Shown here piece after piece: positions 63,382 to 63,885 of a stretch of DNA of 63,885 nt; within the stretch, counting starts at the first letter, position 1; each line of letters starts with the position of its first letter. This DNA comes from Octopus bimaculoides (Eukaryota). The DNA is taken from positions 3,021,161 through 3,085,045 of the forward strand of contig NC_068989.1 of NCBI RefSeq assembly GCF_001194135.2, in the 5' to 3' direction. The notes below the pieces were generated by a model, which saw only the letters and a program-made list of their open reading frames with translations, had not been told where the DNA came from and did no database searches. The position numbers and the translations under genes were made by a program.

Positions 63382-63868
63382 TTGAGGGGCTTCATTAAAG
63401 ATTTCCCCTGAACTGCTTCCCAGAGATTGGGATAAATGAAACTTGGTGTAGTTATTAGTCCTTCTCTACATGGCCACCACCAATGGTGACAAACCTCTCC
63501 CATTGCTTAATGTAGCTGTGAAGACTTCATCTGTGGAAGTCAATAAGTTGTGTCTGGAGACAAGATTTTACCTCAGAAATAAGTTCATCCTCATCTATAA
63601 AGTGCTTCCCCTTCAAAAAAGATTTCATGGTTGGAAAGAGGTGGAAGTCAAATGGTGCGAGGTCAAGAGAGTAAGGGATTTTATAGAGAGGAAGGATTTC
63701 ATAGCCACAGGAGTGTGCTTTCATCTGGACAACATGTGCATTGTGAAATGGGGCGTTGTCTAGGAGGACGAGAACTCCCTTGGTCAGCATGTCACGACTA
63801 TCCGCTTTGATAGCATCTCGCAATTTCTGCAGCAGAGAAGTATAATATGCCCCATTAACTATATAAAA
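63382..63868 (-). mobile_element. mariner 3' half: catalytic DD..D region, stop and right TIR
   Basis: VNGAYYTSLLQKLRDAIK...MLTKGVLVLLDNAPFH...PYSLDLAPFDFHLFPTMKSFLKGKHF...WERFVTIGGGHVEKD*, ending in TIR ...aatgaagcccctca at TA 63380-63381. Confidence 0.93.
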
Positions 63869-63885
63869 TACTCACACACACACAC

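Overview
AT-rich eukaryotic genomic DNA dominated by microsatellites, with 14 N-gaps. The repeat landscape (several tRNA-headed SINE families, an RTE-type non-autonomous family ending in (GAT)n, mariner, hAT, piggyBac and Penelope relics) points to a coleoid cephalopod, most likely Octopus; this is an inference. Nearly all ORFs in the supplied track are artefacts of microsatellites, SINEs or gaps. I could not recognise any host protein-coding gene by homology, and I found no rRNA, true tRNA or CRISPR array. Recognisable protein relics are all transposon-derived: Penelope-like RT C-terminus plus GIY-YIG (about 20.5-21.3 kb), RTE/BovB-like 3' end (about 49.3-49.8 kb) and three mariner transposase fragments (54.3-54.7, 62.1-62.2 and 63.4-63.9 kb). 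The best leads are: (1) a CpG-rich island at about 32.6-37.6 kb holding a phase-consistent 4-exon minus-strand gene model (128-148 aa, unrecognised) and a near-consensus RFX X-box upstream; (2) a minimal type I hammerhead ribozyme motif at 8530-8575 in a Penelope-type short repeat; (3) a young hAT MITE with perfect TIRs and TSD; (4) closely spaced inverted SINE pairs that could form ADAR substrates; (5) a decayed 39-bp coding-like minisatellite. I did not find convincing evidence of a previously undescribed biological system, so these are leads to test. Repeat boundaries are approximate unless TIR/TSD coordinates are given.
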